Positions 28,729 through 38,990 of a stretch of DNA of 46,856 nucleotides are shown in pieces (within the stretch, counting starts at the first letter, position 1; each line of letters begins with the position of its first letter). The DNA is taken from positions 1 through 46,856 of the forward strand of contig JAEOTS010000131.1 in assembly GCA_016839745.1 (NCBI GenBank), given 5' to 3'. The notes beneath the pieces were generated by a model. The model made no database searches. It had not been told where the DNA came from and saw only the letters and a program-made list of their open reading frames with translations. The DNA is from Promethearchaeota archaeon (GTDB lineage: Archaea > Asgardarchaeota > Lokiarchaeia > Sigyniarchaeales > SOKP01). Both the position numbers and the translations under genes were made by a program.

Positions 28729-29610
28729 TTATTCATTATTTAAATCTCGGTTATACTTCCTATTGATATTTCCAAAATTCTTAATAATAAGTTTTCGGAT
28801 TTCTTCAGGCAATTCTTTAAAAGAATTGATGATATCAGTTGGTGTTATGTTGTTTAAAGCCCTATAAATAACGAGAAGCAATAAACTAGCTACTATAGGC
28901 GAAATCCCTATAATAATAAACAACAGAATAGTAATTTTTAATGGTAATGAATTTTCGGTTCCTGTACCAGGTAAATAATACGAAAATCCTAAAATTATGT
29001 TATTATCTGTAAGTAGTACAAGACTCACATTTAACACATTTAAGAGTATAAAGGTACTCAAATTTGCGATGGTTATCCACTTAAAATGTCCCATGGTTAG
29101 TAAAGAAATTGTCTTATCTATACTATTTCTCTTTAATCTAATCGTTATTTTTGCATATTTCCAAACATCGATTAGAATCCAATAAAAACCAAAGGTGAAA
29201 AAAAAGGGAAAAACCAAGTTAAAAAACAAGTCGTAAGTTTCAATAAGCTGAGGATGGTAATATGATTCTGCTCCAATCCAAAACAGTAAAACTAATTGGA
29301 GTAAAGCTGTAAAATTTAACCTATTTGCGTGTTTTTTTTCCAATCCGAGAGGATTATAGGTAATTAGATTGTTTTCTAGAAATATTCTATATTTATTAGA
29401 ATTAATAATTCTAAAAAATAGAGAATAGCCAAATGTAATAATAGGAAAAAGCAATAAGAAAATGTTAGTCCAAGACTGAGAGAGAATAAATAGGTACAAA
29501 ATAGCAAATATAAACGCATCTCTAATAAGTGTTTCATTAAGTATTTCTCTTAGTCTTAAAAAGTCCTCTTTAGAATTATTTTCACTCATTTTTTTATTAA
29601 AAGTAAGCAT
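28729..29610 (-). CDS. Hypothetical polytopic membrane protein (about 6 TM)
   Basis: Multiple hydrophobic helices; NPLGLEKKHANRL, AESYYHPQL, LPGTG loops; 61 nt upstream of the Rab-like gene on the same strand. Confidence 0.75.
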   Translation of the reverse strand: MLTFNKKMSENNSKEDFLRLREILNETLIRDAFIFAILYLFILSQSWTNIFLLLFPIITFGYSLFFRIINSNKYRIFLENNLITYNPLGLEKKHANRLNFTALLQLVLLFWIGAESYYHPQLIETYDLFFNLVFPFFFTFGFYWILIDVWKYAKITIRLKRNSIDKTISLLTMGHFKWITIANLSTFILLNVLNVSLVLLTDNNIILGFSYYLPGTGTENSLPLKITILLFIIIGISPIVASLLLLVIYRALNNITPTDIINSFKELPEEIRKLIIKNFGNINRKYNRDLNNE

Positions 29611-29692
29611 TAATAAATAAACTTATATGGTCTTTACAAATATAAATTCTAAATTAAACTTAATTCTATAAGAAAACTCACGATTTCTGTTT

Positions 29693-31666
29693 ATGAATTA
29701 TTCAAACTTCTTCCCTTATGAGCAATATAGGCAAGACCAAGAAAAGATCACTATTCAAATTGAACAAGCTTCAATTGATAAAAAGAACTCTTTACTATCA
29801 GCTCCAAATGGCACCGGTAAAACCATAATTGCTTTGAGTGCGCTGCTACCTTTAGCTTTAAAAAATAAATTAAAGATCATCTATCTATGCCGAACTCATT
29901 CTCAAAATACAAGAATAATTAAAGAACTCACAAAAATTTCGAAATTTTTAGTTAAAAACAATCTTAATATCAAGGTAAACGGCCTTTCCATTAGGGGAAG
30001 AAACGAGATGTGTCTTAACGAAATACTCTTATCTTTAAAGCTTAAACCCCGTGAATCAATGGCAGTTTGTGGAGATTTAAGAAAAAATAAGAGCTGTAAG
30101 TATTTTCTCAATTTATTAAAGAAAAAAGATATGCACGATAATCCGATCAATATAGCTCCCGATTTGCTAAATAAACCAATTGATGCTGAAGAGTTAATTC
30201 ATTTCTGTAAAGATAAACAGTTATGTCCTTATTTTTTGAGTAAGTTTCTGTTAAAAGAAATGAAGTTAATAATATGTAATTATCAATGGATTTTTAATCC
30301 ATTTATTCGCCAAAATTTCTTACAATACATAGATAAGGAGCTTAGTGACTGTATTTTAGTTCTTGACGAATGCCATAATGTAATTGATATGGCAACAGAA
30401 GTCAATTCTGATAGGATAACGCCTTACTCCCTAAGACTGTGTTTGAAGGATTTAGAGATGTATCGGTCAACGAGCGATATGCAGAGATTCGTGCAGTCAC
30501 TCTTAAACCATTTGGATAAGAAGAAAAAAACCCTTATTGATGTAGAAAAAGAAATAGATTCAGAGAAACTGTTAACTCAAGTTATTACTATGATGCGTTT
30601 TGAAAATTTGAACGAATTTAGAAATTTTATTAATGACCTCCAAGATTTTAGCGTATCTATTCACGAAGAAAAATTAGCTAACGGGGAAATATCAAGAGAT
30701 TATTTAGGACCTCTTGCGGAGTTCTGGATGAAATGGATGAAATGTTATTTATTAGATAATTATTTCTTTTGCTATAATATTAAAACTATCAAGGGTAAAT
30801 CTGCAATATCCATGGAAATTATAGCTTTAGATCCCAGAGAAATTGCTATTCCTATACTAAGGGAGTGTTATACTAGTGTCCATCTTTCAGGAACAGTAAA
30901 TCCTTTCGTTTATAACAGCCTAATGGGGTTGCAAAATAGCGGTAAAGGTTACAAGGGTATTGTCGCGGATTCACCTTTCCACAAAAAAAACATAAAAGCA
31001 GTAATTACAGAAGGAGTAGATACTCGTGGGAAGAATCGAAATACATCAATGTTTAAAAAGATGCTCTCTAAAATAAACGAAGTTTTATATTGCACACCCG
31101 CGAATGTTGGAATTTTTTGTGCTTCCTATAAAATTCTCAACGAATTAGTTAATAATGGCATTGAATCTATAGCCCTCAAGAATAATAAACAATTATTTAT
31201 TGAGGAACCTGGGCTTTCGGCCTCAGAAAATGCTTATCTCGTTAATGATTTCAAGTCTATGGCAAATTCTTCTCGGAATGGGGCTGTTTTATTGGGTGTG
31301 TGCGGGGGAAGAAATTCAGAAGGAGAAGATTATCCCGGCGATCATATGAATTCCGTGGTAATTGCGGGATTTCCGTATCATTTACCCACTCCTCGAGTTG
31401 AAGCAAAAATAGAGTATTACGATAAAGTTTTTGATAACCAAGGATGGAATTTTGCTTATTTATACCCTGCTATTCAGAGAGCTAACCAAGCTTCAGGTCG
31501 ACCCATAAGGAAAATAAAGGATAAGGGTGCCATCATTTTCATGGATTCACGATTTATGCAGAAATCTAAATGGATTGCAGAATGGATTCGGAAAGAATTA
31601 GAAATAATACCAGATAATCCTAACGCTCTCCTTAAGAATTTAAATTCTTTTTGGAATCCTGTATAA
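29693..31666 (+). CDS. xpd: XPD/Rad3-family Fe-S 5'-3' DNA helicase
   Basis: FPYEQYRQDQ (Q motif), APNGTGKT, RTHSQ, four Fe-S Cys (EMC, AVC, SCKYF, LCPYF), LDECHN, SGT, GRNSEGED, QASGRPIR, MDSRF. Confidence 0.9.
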   Translation: MNYSNFFPYEQYRQDQEKITIQIEQASIDKKNSLLSAPNGTGKTIIALSALLPLALKNKLKIIYLCRTHSQNTRIIKELTKISKFLVKNNLNIKVNGLSIRGRNEMCLNEILLSLKLKPRESMAVCGDLRKNKSCKYFLNLLKKKDMHDNPINIAPDLLNKPIDAEELIHFCKDKQLCPYFLSKFLLKEMKLIICNYQWIFNPFIRQNFLQYIDKELSDCILVLDECHNVIDMATEVNSDRITPYSLRLCLKDLEMYRSTSDMQRFVQSLLNHLDKKKKTLIDVEKEIDSEKLLTQVITMMRFENLNEFRNFINDLQDFSVSIHEEKLANGEISRDYLGPLAEFWMKWMKCYLLDNYFFCYNIKTIKGKSAISMEIIALDPREIAIPILRECYTSVHLSGTVNPFVYNSLMGLQNSGKGYKGIVADSPFHKKNIKAVITEGVDTRGKNRNTSMFKKMLSKINEVLYCTPANVGIFCASYKILNELVNNGIESIALKNNKQLFIEEPGLSASENAYLVNDFKSMANSSRNGAVLLGVCGGRNSEGEDYPGDHMNSVVIAGFPYHLPTPRVEAKIEYYDKVFDNQGWNFAYLYPAIQRANQASGRPIRKIKDKGAIIFMDSRFMQKSKWIAEWIRKELEIIPDNPNALLKNLNSFWNPV

Positions 31667-32843
31667 TTTTCTTATAAGGTTTGAACCGTAGCGAAATGAT
31701 AATTAAAGATATAACTGGAAAGATTATCATAAAGTACATAGATAAATAATAGTCATCAAAAAAAACCAGTAGCAATAAACTAAAAAATAATCCTCCAAGA
31801 GAGTCACCTGCAAACGCACTGGTATTAGCATGACCTATATATCGTCCTTTATTCTTAGGAGTTGAATTTTGAGCAATATAGGTTATGGATCCCATCCATA
31901 ATAGAGAATAACTTAGTGACATGAAGAGTTGAAAAATAAAAAATCCCCAAAAATCAATCGAATAAATATAACCAAAGATAACAAATATAGAAATAATATA
32001 ACCCAGAAGCACAATGAGCTTAAGATTTTTCTTTGTTATAATTTTTCCAATCAATATCATAAGAAAAAACTGAAATAGAGGATTAATTCCAATTAAGAAC
32101 CCTTTTTCAATATCATTAGTTAGGTGGAAACTCATTATAATAATAATACTTCCTAAAAGTGGACGAAGTCCAAAACTTCTAAAAAACAAGCTGGAAAGAA
32201 TAGTCTTAAAACTTGACCTCTCATCTTCAAACTTACTAAAGATACCGGAGCTTTGATTACTCTCACTTAACTTTTTCGTTTGTTCTAAAATTAATTGTCT
32301 ATCTTCTTTTATGAAAATAACAGGAAAAATAGATAACACAAAAGGAATGAGACTAAACAAAAAAATATGTCCTATACCATAAATATCAATGAGAATGCCT
32401 CCCGTTTGAACTCCAAAGAACCATCCAGCCGCCATACAAGCATTATATATAGAAATTTTCTTTGGATCGTTTTGTACTACCTCGACATACAAAGTAAATA
32501 AAGCTATGAATGAAGAGCCAAAGAATCCAAAAATAAATAATAAGATATTGATGAATATCAAATTTTTAGTAAATAACAACAAGAATATAGATCCAATCAT
32601 TCCTATCGTTCCAATTAATATGAAATAATATCTGTTTTGAATCCTATCTGACAGCTGCCCTACAAAGCTTGGGAAGATAAAAAAAGTAGATATAAATATC
32701 GATCTGGTCAGTTGGATCATTGGACCTGGTGTGCCTATATACGCTAAATAACTAGGTAAGAACGCATATATTATCATTACAGCAAAATAGAGCATGAAAA
32801 TCGTAACTAAAATAAGGATGAAAGATCTTTTAGAAAGTATCAT
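31632..32843 (-). CDS. Major facilitator superfamily transporter
   Basis: 12 TM pattern; motif A-like VGQLSDRIQNR; PKNKGRYIG. Confidence 0.88.
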   Translation of the reverse strand: MILSKRSFILILVTIFMLYFAVMIIYAFLPSYLAYIGTPGPMIQLTRSIFISTFFIFPSFVGQLSDRIQNRYYFILIGTIGMIGSIFLLLFTKNLIFINILLFIFGFFGSSFIALFTLYVEVVQNDPKKISIYNACMAAGWFFGVQTGGILIDIYGIGHIFLFSLIPFVLSIFPVIFIKEDRQLILEQTKKLSESNQSSGIFSKFEDERSSFKTILSSLFFRSFGLRPLLGSIIIIMSFHLTNDIEKGFLIGINPLFQFFLMILIGKIITKKNLKLIVLLGYIISIFVIFGYIYSIDFWGFFIFQLFMSLSYSLLWMGSITYIAQNSTPKNKGRYIGHANTSAFAGDSLGGLFFSLLLLVFFDDYYLSMYFMIIFPVISLIIISLRFKPYKKIIQDSKKNLNS

Positions 32844-32867
32844 TTTTTATTCCACTTTATCTAAATT

Positions 32868-34688
32868 TTAATCTGGCTTAAGTAAATCAAGATATAAACG
32901 AGCTAATTTCTTTGTAGTTATACTCCATGTGAAATTCTCTTTCACCCTTTTATAACAGTTTTCTTTAATATTGAAGAAAAAATTAGGATTAAGAAGAACA
33001 TGGGATTTTATAATTTCATCTGGAATTTGATTTACGATGTTTAGAGTATCAGTTTTGTAGAGCGTATGACTTTCAGATTCTTTTACTTGAAACGCTGCCT
33101 CTGAAGATTTTAATAACGAAACTAACGCTTTAGCTAACTGAAGGGGATTATCTTTTGCTATTAAGAGACCAGTACCTATTTTTGGGTATAATCCTGCATC
33201 TATTATTGTCTCTTGCAAGCCTCCTACTTTCGTTGCAATAATGGGAATTTTACATGCCATTGCTTCTAAAGCCATAATCCCGAACGGTTCCCATCGGGAT
33301 AAAGCGCAATAAATATCTGCACTGATATGAGCTAAATAAAAAATATCTGAAGCTACTCCAAAGATTATTCGGATGTTTTCCGGATATTGTTTTACATAGT
33401 CAGAATAGATCTTTATTTCGTTCAAACTATAATCTGTGGGTAATATTAGAAAAAGGAATTTAGCATTTGGAATTACTTTCAAGACCTCAGGGATTGCTTC
33501 AAAAATAGTGTCAAAACCTTTTTGTGGGGATATTCTTCCTGTAGTAAGAATTAAAGGCCCTGAATCTGAAAATGCTTTGATATTTCCGTTTTTAATAAAA
33601 GGATTTCCATTTGAAATTAGGTTTATCGCATTTAGAACATTTGGAGAATTAATTAATGGACTTTGACTAAGGTTCCCTATTTTATATTTTAAAAGGAATT
33701 CCTTCATACGTGCTTCATTTATCTCATTCCAATAAGATAATTTTAAAATTTCAATAATTTCTGCTCCATGAATGGCTACTACTTTATCAAAAATATCGAA
33801 ATAATCCCAATCACACCCATCCCAAATAAAATCGGCTTTAAATTTAATCAACTGATTACCACAATTTGGAATAATATCTGACATTAAATACGATTGACTA
33901 ACCGTGGTTACTAAATCTGAGATAATTGCTCCAATTTTTTCAACTGAAGGTATATGATTATCTGTTGTGTATCCGTCGCTTTCTTGAGATAATAGAAATA
34001 TATCCCTTAAGTTCAACATCTTAAACCCATCACTCATCAAAACCTTAACGGGTGTATCATCTATACCACTTATTCTATAAAATTCATATTCAAATCTCGG
34101 CCAAGTTAATAAATGTATAGTTAATATTGAAGTAATTTCTAACCCTTTCTTAGCTAAAGCTTGCTTCATACCTAAATAGCCCAAAACTACGTGATAATCG
34201 TGAAGATGTACAACTTCTGGTAACTTTTCTTTGTAATTTTCTATAAAATGACTTACTAAGCAGCGAACCCCTAAACTGAAAAGTGCAATTTTCCCCCTTA
34301 TTGTAGTAGGATTATAAACCGTTATATCATCCAAATATTTAGATGTGAATGAATTTTCTCCAGAAAGCAATATAATATTCACATTTTCTATTTTAAACCT
34401 ATAAAATCTGATATCACAATTCGCTTCTGATTGCTCCGATCCAAATAAGGATGGATTAATTTGACCAACGCACTTAAATGGTAACTTTTCCAATTTATAT
34501 TTACTTTTTAAACCTTCAATTTGGCCATGAGAGGGCATAAGTACAGTAATATCGAACTCCTCAGCTAAATGTTTAGCCTGATTAGCAGGAACTTCCCCTA
34601 AACCTCCTACTTTAGCTACACCAGCATACTCAAATGAAAAAATCCACACTCTTTTCTTATTTTCCATCAAAATAGGTCCTTTTTGCAT
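32868..34688 (-). CDS. glgA: Glycogen/starch synthase (GT5)
   Basis: FEYAGVAKVGGLGEV (KxGGL), HLHDYH, TTVS, GRISPQKGFD, SRWEPFGIMALEAMA, VGGLQETI. Confidence 0.85.
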   Translation of the reverse strand: MQKGPILMENKKRVWIFSFEYAGVAKVGGLGEVPANQAKHLAEEFDITVLMPSHGQIEGLKSKYKLEKLPFKCVGQINPSLFGSEQSEANCDIRFYRFKIENVNIILLSGENSFTSKYLDDITVYNPTTIRGKIALFSLGVRCLVSHFIENYKEKLPEVVHLHDYHVVLGYLGMKQALAKKGLEITSILTIHLLTWPRFEYEFYRISGIDDTPVKVLMSDGFKMLNLRDIFLLSQESDGYTTDNHIPSVEKIGAIISDLVTTVSQSYLMSDIIPNCGNQLIKFKADFIWDGCDWDYFDIFDKVVAIHGAEIIEILKLSYWNEINEARMKEFLLKYKIGNLSQSPLINSPNVLNAINLISNGNPFIKNGNIKAFSDSGPLILTTGRISPQKGFDTIFEAIPEVLKVIPNAKFLFLILPTDYSLNEIKIYSDYVKQYPENIRIIFGVASDIFYLAHISADIYCALSRWEPFGIMALEAMACKIPIIATKVGGLQETIIDAGLYPKIGTGLLIAKDNPLQLAKALVSLLKSSEAAFQVKESESHTLYKTDTLNIVNQIPDEIIKSHVLLNPNFFFNIKENCYKRVKENFTWSITTKKLARLYLDLLKPD

Positions 34689-34868
34689 CGAACTTAACTT
34701 ATAAAGAAAAAGCTCAAGATATTATTTATTATTATTATCTATTTAAAGTCATAAAATATTACTTTTATTAAAGGTTATTTAAATCAATCTATTGTGTGGG
34801 TCAATAGAAGCAAAAATTAATAATATTTAAGGATTTATCTTAAGAATTATTAAAACCACTTGTATTTT

Positions 34869-36248
34869 CTACTTTATTTCATTTAGAAACTTTTTTGTGC
34901 CAGTTTCTATATAGGCGCCACATAGAGGACTAAAACACATAAACGGTTCATACCCACCCTCATTTATATACATTTCTAAGGGAAATAAGTAACCTATCCA
35001 ATCTTGAGAATTTTGGAAAATTATTGTATTCTCTTCTGAAGTTGGAGCTTCTTGTATTATATTTCTTCCCATTTCTTCAAATAATTCACCTGGTATCGTT
35101 ACTAAACCGTAAGTATTACCATCCGATGCTGTAAATTTTATAAATTGAACTAAAGTTTTTCCATAATTCTTTAAATGTTTCCGTTCGATTGTGAAGAATG
35201 GGAAATTAACATACTTCTCATCAAATTTAGCTATTTTAAACAAGAAGTATTTCTTTATCAACCACTTTAATTTATTTGAGAACCATACCTTTGAGTAGTA
35301 TTTAGCATCTTTCTGAGGAATTAAAAATCTCCGTGTATATACATCAACATCCATATTGGTATAGTAATTTTCTTCAGGAATAGAATTTGCTAATTTTAAG
35401 GCTTCTTCACCAATAGTATACCCAATTTTTTTTGTATGCTCATAAGTTCCCAGCTGGTCATAAGAAAGAGTTTTATCCTTGTCAATTTTGTCCAAATTTG
35501 TCCCAGATGTCGTTATAGGATTCAAATCTCCGGAAGGACCATTGAAATAAATTGATTTAATTTTATTATTAGTTAATTCATCTATTTTAGAAATTACTCT
35601 TCCAGGGAAATCGGCAGATAATTTATTATTCTGAAAAGATAAAGTAGTTGGATGGCAAGCGTAATTTATAATGATACCAATCAAGCTATTATCTACTATT
35701 CTTTTAAAAGATATAATTCCTAAATCTGGTAAAACTTTTCTCGTAGGCCATCTTCGATTAAGAACTATATCAGGATTAAATTTTTCTTTTTTCCAAGCGA
35801 TTTTACATGGCTCTAAATCCTTAAATAATTTCTTTACCATTCTTACTATTCTATCAGTCATCCAAACAATAAAATCATCGTTTTTATTATCAGCAAACAT
35901 AACTCCTTTTATAAAAGCCGATGTTCCACCAGGAAAGTAAAATTCTCCTGTAAGATCAAATGAAGAATGGGTGTGAGTAGCATGTATTACTATTGCATTT
36001 GATTTTAAAGGCTTATATTCCGAAATCAGTTTCTTTTTTATATATTCTACAATTGAAAGGGGTAATTTTAAAATATCAACTGAAATCACAAGTAAGTTAG
36101 TATTTTTATTATTTTGGGTTATCAATACACCATAAGCATGAATATCATCTAACTTTCCTAAGCAAGGATCTTTACGAGCATAACCCGCCATAGGTTTACC
36201 TATGTAATCCTTTGGTGTAATTTTTATCTTACCAAACGCAACATTCAT
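34869..36248 (-). CDS. Neutral/alkaline ceramidase-like amidohydrolase
   Basis: ITP..GKPMAGY, HATHTHS, NYACHPT, SADFPG, GPSGDLNP, PGELF, GY...GGYE. Confidence 0.8.
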   Translation of the reverse strand: MNVAFGKIKITPKDYIGKPMAGYARKDPCLGKLDDIHAYGVLITQNNKNTNLLVISVDILKLPLSIVEYIKKKLISEYKPLKSNAIVIHATHTHSSFDLTGEFYFPGGTSAFIKGVMFADNKNDDFIVWMTDRIVRMVKKLFKDLEPCKIAWKKEKFNPDIVLNRRWPTRKVLPDLGIISFKRIVDNSLIGIIINYACHPTTLSFQNNKLSADFPGRVISKIDELTNNKIKSIYFNGPSGDLNPITTSGTNLDKIDKDKTLSYDQLGTYEHTKKIGYTIGEEALKLANSIPEENYYTNMDVDVYTRRFLIPQKDAKYYSKVWFSNKLKWLIKKYFLFKIAKFDEKYVNFPFFTIERKHLKNYGKTLVQFIKFTASDGNTYGLVTIPGELFEEMGRNIIQEAPTSEENTIIFQNSQDWIGYLFPLEMYINEGGYEPFMCFSPLCGAYIETGTKKFLNEIK

Positions 36249-36397
36249 TTACCTATATTAAAGCAAAGAATTTCAAAAATGTTTTCTTTTTTTAAAATTA
36301 ATAATTTCTTTTGTTCTTTTAGGAAAATTTTTATTTTTTTAAGTATTTTATACCATAATTCCTTAAGTTAAATTGAATTTGAAAAGAGTCAATCTAG

Positions 36398-36691
36398 ATG
36401 TCACTGAATAAATTAGGTATATTAGGTATGGTAGGCACGATTTCCAATTATAAACAAGGCCGCCACACTCTACACCCAAAGCACTGTATAATTGTTTTTC
36501 CCAATATTAAGAATAGAAAAGAAGCAAATAAATTAATAGGTAGAACCGTAGTATGGATAAGTTCTACAGGAAAAGAATTGAAAGGAACAATAACGCGTGC
36601 TCATGGCAACAACGGTGCTATTAGAGCCCATTTCAAAAAAGCTGGTGTACCGGGTCAAGCACTGGGAACTAAAGTGAAAATTATAAAATAA
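36398..36691 (+). CDS. rpl35ae: 50S ribosomal protein L35Ae (eL33)
   Basis: YKQGRHT, LIGRTVVW, GTITRAHGNNGAIRAHF, PGQALG. Confidence 0.93.
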   Translation: MSLNKLGILGMVGTISNYKQGRHTLHPKHCIIVFPNIKNRKEANKLIGRTVVWISSTGKELKGTITRAHGNNGAIRAHFKKAGVPGQALGTKVKIIK

Positions 36692-36850
36692 CTATTTTTT
36701 TAATGTTGTTCCTACAAATTTCAAGGACTTCTTAGGTAATATTTCAATAACATACTTATTTTTGAAGTAAATTTTCATCTATTTCTGTTGATAAAGCGAT
36801 CAAAAATTGTGTTATTTTTAATTTTAATAAAATCGGGTTAAAAAGTAAAT

Positions 36851-38956
36851 ATGTCGGAGCAACACTTCCAAATCTGCCGGTTCTGCCAGCGAAATGTAAA
36901 ATTGGCTTATTATTGTGAGGAATGTGGAACCAGTTGTTGTTCTGATTGTTTACATGAAGAAAAAATTGATTCTTATCTTTGTCAAGATTGTAATTCTAAA
37001 AATATAATCGTCCCAGAATCTGGTAATAAGAGAGCTTGCAAAGATTGCGGAGCAGAAAATATAGTCAGATCTAATCAACTCTTAAAATCTTGCCCTAAGT
37101 GTCACTCTCATCAAATAATAAACATCTATGAGAAAAAAGAAGACCTAGAAAAAATATTTATGGAATTAATCAAAAATTCAAGATCATTTATAGATCCGTT
37201 AAGAGATTTACTAAACGCTCTATATACGTTAAAACAAAAAATTCTAGATGCAAGAGCTCCACCTGTTAAATGTTTTCATTATCCTACTATGGAATTAGAT
37301 TTATTAGCCCTCTTTAAATTATTTATCTACGCAAAGGAAACTCTTATTGAGAAGATTCGCAATTTTGTCCAGCACTTATCAATCAACAAAGAATATTTTT
37401 TTGATATCTACACTCAGCAGAATTCTAATATACGAATTATTGAAGACATTCTTGAGAACTTGAACAGAAGCTATAATTCAATAAAGGATTTTATTGAGAA
37501 TAATGTAAATACCATAGATACTAGCATAGTAAATATTTCAAAGAATTTAGTTTTCATCGACAAGATTACTTTTTATTTCAAAAACTATATTAAATTCCTC
37601 AATTTGGCAGAAGAAGAAAAGCCAGTTTATGCAATATACGCTAAATTAGCTAATGGACTTAATACGCAGGACAAATACAAAAAAAATAAAGGAATTCTTT
37701 TTATAACCAATTTTGACTTATCTTTTGTCCATGAACACGGAAAGCGAAAGAAAAAGCAAGAAGGTATTTTTAAAGCACCTGTAAAGGATTTAACGAAAGT
37801 CCAAATAAGAGGGAAATTGTTTAAAAAACTTTATATTGAATTCCCTTATGGGAGATATGAATTTACGCTTCCCCCAAATTCTATATCGAGAGTATTAGAT
37901 TATCTCTTACTCGCCAGAAGTTTTGATGAGACTATTATTTATGATAAATTGGCTGCTAAGAAACTATATAATATCGAAATCGATTTGAGTGATATCTCAA
38001 ACTATATTGAAGAAGCTATAAATTCCTTCTTTAGTTTAAAATGCCAATATAATAATATTAATTCGAATAATAAAATGGCTGAGTTTAATGTCGCATCATC
38101 GTTGATCAACCAAAATCAGAATAACTTGCCTAATAGAACTCCATTCCAGACTCAAAGCCAAATTATGAATCCTTACAATAATAATATTCCCTTTCCTCTT
38201 TATCAAAACTATAAATACACACCCGAGAATCCAATGCTTTATCAAAATAACATGAGAATTCCTAATCCAAGGATGGGTCAAATCCAAACTCCTGACGATT
38301 TAAATTATTACGGTAACGCAATGAGACAATATTTACCTCCCAATTATAACCAAAATGACTTTTTCTTACAAAATTTTTACGAAACCAACAGGATTCAGAA
38401 CTATGAGCCTAAACGATTTAATAGTGGTTTTGGCAATAATATCTCTGACATCGATGAAAAAAACCTGCTGATGAGAAAATTGGAACAACTACAGAGACAT
38501 GATAAATCCTTCCCTCCTCTAAATGGAATACATAACTCTAATGACTTTTTAACCGATCCTGCTTATTATAACTATAAACAAAAAGATAGAAATATGCCGC
38601 ATTACCGAGAATATTCAAGGAATCACCTTTCGGAATTATTTAGCCGTGATTATGGTTCTAATCATCCAGGCGAAAGCTCTAGCTATCATTCAAAGAAACA
38701 AAGTAAAACAAGACGCAAGAAAATGTTTGACTTGGATAAAGAGAAATATAGTCTAGAGGAAACTTTAAAAGCATTGGACTCTAAATTTGAATCCGGAGAT
38801 ATTTCTGAAATTGATTATTTTAAAAATTTTAAGAATTTACAAAAGGAAATATACATAATTGAAAAAAACATAGAAGCCCTAGACTCTGACATGGAAGATG
38901 AAGAATTTTTAAGAAGTTCAGCTAAAGAATTTGATAGAAAAAGATATTACACTTAA
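36851..38956 (+). CDS. Multidomain ESCRT-I-like protein: Zn-finger cluster, coiled coil, PH(GLUE/GRAM)-like domain, low-complexity region, steadiness box
   Basis: N-terminal CRFC/CEEC/CSDC/CQDC/CKDC/CPKC; LAEEEKPV...KGILFITNFDLSF...KKLYIEF PH-like segment; C-terminal EKYSLEETLKALDSKFESGDISEIDYFKNFKNLQKEIY resembles the TSG101 steadiness box. Confidence 0.7.
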   Translation: MSEQHFQICRFCQRNVKLAYYCEECGTSCCSDCLHEEKIDSYLCQDCNSKNIIVPESGNKRACKDCGAENIVRSNQLLKSCPKCHSHQIINIYEKKEDLEKIFMELIKNSRSFIDPLRDLLNALYTLKQKILDARAPPVKCFHYPTMELDLLALFKLFIYAKETLIEKIRNFVQHLSINKEYFFDIYTQQNSNIRIIEDILENLNRSYNSIKDFIENNVNTIDTSIVNISKNLVFIDKITFYFKNYIKFLNLAEEEKPVYAIYAKLANGLNTQDKYKKNKGILFITNFDLSFVHEHGKRKKKQEGIFKAPVKDLTKVQIRGKLFKKLYIEFPYGRYEFTLPPNSISRVLDYLLLARSFDETIIYDKLAAKKLYNIEIDLSDISNYIEEAINSFFSLKCQYNNINSNNKMAEFNVASSLINQNQNNLPNRTPFQTQSQIMNPYNNNIPFPLYQNYKYTPENPMLYQNNMRIPNPRMGQIQTPDDLNYYGNAMRQYLPPNYNQNDFFLQNFYETNRIQNYEPKRFNSGFGNNISDIDEKNLLMRKLEQLQRHDKSFPPLNGIHNSNDFLTDPAYYNYKQKDRNMPHYREYSRNHLSELFSRDYGSNHPGESSSYHSKKQSKTRRKKMFDLDKEKYSLEETLKALDSKFESGDISEIDYFKNFKNLQKEIYIIEKNIEALDSDMEDEEFLRSSAKEFDRKRYYT

Positions 38957-38990
38957 AACCTCTCTATACTGTTCATCCAGTCTGAAAATA

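Noticed and set aside
31632-31666. 35-nt 3' overlap of the convergent xpd and MFS genes
   Set aside because: Short convergent overlaps are common in compact AT-rich archaeal genomes.
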